Shown here piece after piece: positions 58,401 through 64,000 of a stretch of DNA of 64,000 bases; the first letter of the stretch is position 1; each line of letters opens with the position of its first letter. This DNA comes from Tubulanus polymorphus (taxonomy: Eukaryota; Animalia; Nemertea), in the NCBI RefSeq assembly GCF_964204645.1, contig NC_134025.1:1488001-1552000 (forward strand). Reading direction: 5' to 3'. Both the position numbers and the translations under genes were made by a program. The notes under the pieces are model-generated. The model was not told where the DNA came from, made no database searches, and saw only the letters and a program-made list of their open reading frames with translations.

Positions 58401-60656
58401 TCTCACCAGCAAATGAAAACGCTGGCCTCTTGAACTTCATCTTTAGCAACCTAGTTATCGTTTATTAGCTCAATTGTACCGGTTAATCGTGGGTTACCGA
58501 GTATGTTTTCGTCTGGCAAGATATTCAACATCCTATTGTTATCCTTAACGAATCAGGAAACCAATACTTGAAAACAGTGGATTGTTTACACTGTATAAGA
58601 TAATGTCACATGGTGTTCTTTCAGTTCGCTATTAATATCATCACTTATTAGTTATAAAACGTGATGCTGAACGCTATTGTGCGCTATTTTCATCATGGCT
58701 TTCCTGTTGGATATGTTCTCTAGAGTTTTCAGTGAGGATGTTGATATTTTCAATGACGAAGAGGTAATTAGAATAATGATGTTGTTTTTTTGCAGTAATT
58801 CGCTGATGATGTCAGGGTCTAATTTTTTAAACCGTCAACACCTTTCACCGTGGTAAAACAGCTTTAATTGGTAAACATGTTGATGCAGCCAGCATTGCCC
58901 ATGTGTGCGGGGGGAGTTGACTTTCGTAAAAGTAATGTTGAAACAGACATTGCTCACTATGAGGGATTGGTGGATAAAACCCCCAGAAAATTTTGAAAAA
59001 TAGATTCACTAAAAGACGCATTCAGGCATGATTTTACCTCCTGTATCCGGTTATTATTCAAAGCCTTTCTTATTACTAAAGGAATATGTCTGAAATATGT
59101 CAAAAATAAAATCTGGAGACGAAATGCTTGATAGGGATGAAGTATATGATATTTCTGTTGTCAGGTTGTTATCAGACAATGGCTTATCGTACATTCTTTA
59201 CTGTAGCAATTAATATTACTTAATCCCGCTCAAAATTGCGTGATGCTACTATATTATATCTCCATGTGACATTTCGCAATCAATTTAAGACATTTCTTGA
59301 TAACGGAATTATTAGTGTGGAGTGGTGAGGAGCAGTGTGGGCGAATGGTTATAGTGCGTTCAACTTTGGGATACAGACCTTGTACATATTACTGCGGTGT
59401 CCTCGAGGCGAGACACTTATCCCCATTGCCTCTTTCCACCGAGAAGCGGGTTCCTGTCCTAATAGATGACTCCTGAGCGCCAATAGTAGTACAGCTCAGA
59501 TGTCACTTCTTTCCGGGGATAGATGACAGGTACAAAGTTACAGATAAAGGCTAAGGGTGATGATATCAATGTCACTCCTTCCTGGGGAATGATGACGCAG
59601 TTTAAAATAAAGGCCAGGGGTTCCTCTTCCCAGAGAGAGGTAACAAAGGCCAGGGGTTCCTCTTCCCAGAGAGAGGTAACAAAGACCAGGGGTTCTTCCT
59701 AGAGAGAGGTAACACAATAAGAGAAAAAGGATAGAGTTTCTTCTCCGAAAGGAGAGATGACTGATACACACAGATTGGTTGTAGATATTGAACCTTTATG
59801 ATACTTTTATAATTTGCATGTTTTTTTAGGCGAGTTTCGACAGTGAAAATAGTGAGAATTCATCATTACGTCGTTACGTAATTGGAGCAGAATCGGCGAC
59901 CGACTCAGGAGAAGGCAGCGGTAATAATCGACTGGGTCGAATACATTTCACCATCAGTTACGACTTCCCGGCGACGACTTTAATCGTTAAAATTTTTCAA
60001 GCGGTGAATTTACCGGCGAAGGATTTCTCCGGCACCAGCGACCCGTATGTCAAGGTCATGTTACTGCCCGATAAAAAGCACAAAATGCAAACGAAAATAA
60101 AACGTAAAACGCTCAATCCGCGATGGAACGAAATATTCCTGTTTGAAGGTAATAATCAATCATTCGTACTAGTCCAGGGGCAGGTTCCATAGACAGGGCT
60201 TAGACTAAGACAAATTTAGTTCTATAGCCAATCTAACAACTTAGGACCAGTCTTAAGGTTTAACACCACTTTTGGTCTTAAGTCTCGACTATGGAACCGG
60301 CCCCTGATATCCTGGAAATTCGTAATTAAGTCAATTGATTAATTAAAGGTTTGCATCTGTAGCTATGAAAAAGCTATGGAATTTGTTTAGAAATGTGGTC
60401 TGGTTTATAACGTTGTCTGATGAAATAGCTGCTAACGCGCACTTAACTTCTAAACCAGTTTCTAAAAGGTGTGTTATATTTTTCAGGTTTTCCATATCAT
60501 AAAGTGACGGAACGTATTCTATATTTGGAGGTATTAGATTTCGATAGATTCAGTCGAGATGATCCGATCGGAGAAATAGCTTTACCTCTTCGAGATATCG
60601 ATTTGACTGAAGAACAATCATTGTGGAAAGATTTACAACCATGTACTATAGCCAGG
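31214..60656 (+). CDS. SYT7: Synaptotagmin-7-like, 5' part (TM, linker, C2A); C2B exons lie beyond the window
   Basis: TM exon 36231-36543 (in-frame ATG at 36233; [31 protein letters not shown]), linker exon 51054-51168 (supplies the required phase 2 to 0 bridge), C2A exons 59830-60148 ([12 protein letters not shown]...[47 protein letters not shown]) and 60487-60656 ([29 protein letters not shown]) matching recalled SYT7 C2A with Ca-binding aspartates intact. The start at 31214 assumes the most upstream candidate first exon. Confidence 0.9.
40480..40760 (+). mobile_element. tRNA-derived SINE-like element
   Basis: Perfect B box GGTTCGAATCC at 40561-40571 in a GC-richer block; no complete tRNA fold; boundaries approximate. 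Confidence 0.45.
44861..45340. repeat. Two blocks of 20-21-bp tandem repeat (ccagtcccggggtatccctg) separated by a TAGTCGA/CCGAA-rich spacer
   Basis: Blocks at about 44861-44990 and 45147-45335; probably internal to a non-autonomous element. Confidence 0.85.
46890..47410. repeat. 35-bp tandem repeat (atgtatcctagctagctgatactgaacagggttaa), about 15 copies
   Basis: Directly visible, high identity; internal palindrome ctagctag. Confidence 0.95.
50114..50221. repeat. Inverted repeat, Penelope-like terminal remnant
   Basis: gacgtttctgctagaatgtttct vs agaagcattctagctgaaacgtc (21/23 complementary); right arm has ctggtgatg...gaaacgtc. Confidence 0.5.
51350..51740. repeat. Roughly 23-24-bp degenerate tandem repeat (cttctggtagctgatagtcactaa)
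   Basis: About 16 variant copies downstream of Syt7 exon 51054-51168. Confidence 0.9.
54660..54920. repeat. 57-bp tandem repeat, about 4.5 copies
   Basis: 19-aa periodicity in the three spurious minus-strand ORFs. Confidence 0.9.
55180..55403. repeat. (ATCAGC)n hexanucleotide microsatellite ending in (CAG)n
   Basis: Directly visible. Confidence 0.97.
59326..59530 (+). mobile_element. tRNA/CORE-type SINE remnant
   Basis: A-box-like tgggcgaatggtta and CORE-like gtgtcctcgaggcgagacacttatccccattgcctc. Confidence 0.5.
60175..60306. mobile_element. MITE with CAGGGGC(C/A)GGTTCCA termini (dispersed family)
   Basis: TIR caggggcaggttccatag / ctatggaaccggcccctg; related cagttccacag / ctgtggaactg ends near 3338-3447, 5898, 19670, 55010-55123 and 57444. 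Confidence 0.7.
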
Positions 60657-61303
60657 GTAGGTGTTTGATTGATATACTACTATAGCCAGGGTAGGTGTTT
60701 GATTGATATACTACTATAGCCAGGGTAGGTGTTTGATTGATATACTACTATAGCCAGGGTAGGTGTTTGATTGATATACTAAAGCCAGGGTAGGTGTTTG
60801 ATTGATATACTACTATAGCCAGGGTAGGTGTTTGATTGATATACTACTATAGCCAGGGTAGGTGTTTGATTGATACACTAAAGCCAGGGTAGGTGTTTGA
60901 TTGATATACTACTATAGCCAAGGTAGGTGTTTGATTGATATACTACTATAGCCAAGGTAGGTGTTTGATTGATATCCTACTATGGCCAGTGTAGGTGTTT
61001 GATTGATATCCTACTATGGCCAGGGTAGGTGTTTGATTGATATACTACTATAGCCAGGGTAGGTGTTTGATTGATATACTACTATAGCCAGGGTAGGTGT
61101 TTGATTGATACACTAAAGCCAGGGTAGGTGTTTGATTGATATACTACTATAGCCAAGGTAGGTGTTTGATTGATATCCTACTATGGCCAGTGTAGGTGTT
61201 TGATTGATATCCTACTATGGCCAGGGTAGGTGTTTGATTGATATACTACTATAGCCAGGGTAGGTGTTTGATTGATATACTATAGCCAGGGTAGGTGTTT
61301 GAT
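60644..61303. repeat. 34-bp tandem repeat, about 20 copies, spanning the Syt7 exon-intron junction
   Basis: Unit actatagccagggtaggtgtttgattgatatact; the first copy includes the last 4 codons and the donor of exon 60487-60656. Confidence 0.97.
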
Positions 61304-62031
61304 TTGATGGTGAGCTATCATTTAGAGTTTTAAACTGATAGTTTATGCTGTCTCAGTCCCTGTCTACTGACGGTAGGATGTTAAGTGGCTTGTTGTTGAT
61401 AATCGTAATTCATTTATTCCAATGATTTGCATCATTCTGTTTGATGTAGAATGAACTCGTGATGAATAAGAATTGCCTTAAATCCAAATGAACTATTTAC
61501 ATCGAAACCGATGTTTTTGTTTTAGTAATTATTCAATCGTCGATTGTGAAGGCGTTGTGCTCCGTTGTGCTCCGTTCTGCTATTGAATATCTCTGAGTAT
61601 TGGTGAAGTATTCGTGTATGATATAATATAGGGTGTGCCTCGCCTCTTTATCGGTTATCCTTGACGTTTTTATTTTTTCATATTCAGCCTATACACTCTT
61701 ACATGATACCTAATACTAGATATCCGACTACAGTGAAAGTCGTCATAGGATAAGTCATTATTTCATCTCTATTTTTGAGTCTTAATTTGAATTTCTTCAT
61801 TAGATTTAATTAGTTTAAATTGTCGTTAGATCAGTCGTTGACATAATGACAGCCCAACTACGACAAGGTTTACTATATACTTAAACCGATGTATGTTTTT
61901 ATTCTAGTTGAGCTGAAATGTACAGGTCTCGCCGCCTGAAATAGCACAGCATTGATTTAGTCTTAATGAGTTTTCATTTCACTATTTAGTATTTTCCCCT
62001 GAATTCGTTTATTTCATCATCACCACCGTGC

Positions 62032-62150
<119 letters not shown>

Positions 62151-64000
62151 AGCTGTAAATTGTTTTCTTCCTCGGGTAAAGCTTTAATAGAATGAGGAGA
62201 ACAAAGAAAAATACTACGAAGAAAGAGATAAAAATGTATTCATTTTAAACCTGGATAGATTTCTGAGAATTGATTCGTCAGATGATATAAATCCGCAGTC
62301 TCACTAATCGGTATACGTTTCAACAGCTACTTATGAAGCCCTTGTTAAAAACTTTTTAGAAAGTGCAAATGAAACGACTAAACGGAGAGTTCTTCTTTAC
62401 TGACACCGTCACATCTACGACATCGCCTCTAAATGAGTTATTTTTATGACGTTTTCTGAGGCGTGAAACGTAGTTTTCTTGCACCAACTGTAAGTGATTT
62501 CTCTTCAGTTGGTCGGTCGCGTGTAATACTGTTTTTTAGTTACTCGCGCCACGAGCTTCAGGTGATGATTGCCGATCGATAAAATCACCATGGAGATTGC
62601 ACCAACATCAACTGCAAAACGAAAGAATTTTCGTGAAGGACTCGATGAAATTTTTCCCCGTTTGATACCGTGCCCTTTCTTTGAAGGGGTATAATTATTG
62701 TAGGTTAGTTAATGCAGTGAATCCTATACGATGAATCAGTTCGTGTATTCCCTATCTCAATACCAGGTTTCTGTTCCTACTTTTCCCTGCCATTAAGTGT
62801 TTTCCATGCGAATTCCTAAATCTTGGTAAAGTGGGTTCTTCTACCAAAAAACCCAGATTAAACAAAAACCCAGATTAAGTGTCGCCAATATTCTGAACTG
62901 TGAATGTCGGCATGTTTCAGATTTCTATATCCTAGGTATAAGTCCTGGTACTGTCTGTCACCAAGGTCGTTGCCACGACTTGTGGAAGTGCATCATGTTT
63001 TGATGGTGAAAGTACCGGAAGAGGTTTTTTTCCGGTGGCTAAAGAAGAGTATATATATATGTCCCCATACTTAATGCTTTGTCCAGCCATCTTAGAGGAT
63101 CCTAACTTCAGCTCCGCCAAGATGAAAATTTGATTCCTACTTCCCTCTTTTCATTTTTCAAAAGGACCGCTCGACAGCTGGTCATGCGCTACAACATCTT
63201 CAATCACATTTTTCAATGTTCAAACAAGTTTAAACAGATTTTCTATAATCGTCATTTGTTTCTATTGTTTCTACGTTGTTGATCTGGTAATCGATACTGT
63301 AATCGATACTGTATCGATTACTGATTGATTTTCAGCTCAAATGAGATTTTGATATTTTTCTCACCGATAGTTTTGATATTTTTAACAGATCGATACTGAT
63401 ATATCGCAGTCTCCCCGGATTGATACCGATAGCGCTATCTGCGGTATCAGGTGTCGTATCTGTATCAGTTTTGGTGACTGATTACCGCTTTACGCCCAAC
63501 CCATTCCCTCGATATTCTAATCCGCGTCGCGACTATTTTTGTCTAATGTCTCTCATCTCTAGACGAAGTCGGGTTCAGTAAGAATAAGACACCGAAACTA
63601 TATTCATTTATAACAAGTCGAAGTTGCTATCAGACAAAGTGCACGGATACATTGATACTGCTGCTGAGGAGGGAAAATGAGGAGGGACGGGGATGAGTGT
63701 ACGTTTTAACGGATGCTTAATGAACCCTGAATACGCTGGGTATTCAACGCTAAGCTTTACCCTCAAACTCATTAATATTTCACCTAGGTTGATGGGTTTC
63801 TGTGTCAATGTCAGATAATCCTCCAGCGGGTTTACGATTCAAGCCGATCAATAAATGATTGAAATAAATATTATATAATACGAGCGTGAAATGGTTTGAT
63901 GGAAGCTCGATTTTAATTCCCGGCGGTGTTCAATCTATCTGTGATCATCAACTGGCTTTTATGAATATTTCACAATATGTGGTTCGAACTGTGAATAATG

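Noticed and set aside
62932-63830. Possible nested gene or transposase remnant on the minus strand
   Set aside because: Coding-like composition, but frames are interrupted and no family motif could be recognised; needs tBLASTx.

Overview
AT-rich, intron-dense animal (invertebrate metazoan) genomic DNA; no prokaryotic features. Five spliced protein-coding genes were reconstructed by hand from splice signals and phase continuity: (1) 3' half of a phospholipase C-beta4/norpA-like gene (+, <250-7661); (2) a divergent TOP6BL/TOPOVIBL-like meiotic gene (-, 11521-15873); (3) head-to-head with it, a small type I membrane protein, signal peptide-TSP1-like-Ig-TM, resembling the IZUMO1/SPACA6/TMEM81 sperm proteins (+, 16302-17861); (4) ARID4A/B-like (+, 18492-28577); (5) 5' part of synaptotagmin-7 (+, about 31214 to beyond 64000). 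Introns carry MITEs, SINE remnants, Penelope-like inverted fragments and tandem repeats. Main points of interest: two duplicated 85-nt PLC-beta Y-domain exons, each with a U2-type acceptor and a U12-type donor (probable mutually exclusive splicing by spliceosome incompatibility); a frameshifting cassette exon that would switch off the PLC PDZ ligand; the TOP6BL / IST-like divergent pair sharing a CRE-containing 428-bp spacer; several in-frame alternative first and linker exons of Syt7; and a tandem repeat that multiplies a Syt7 splice donor about 20 times. Homology calls rest on recalled family sequences, not database searches.
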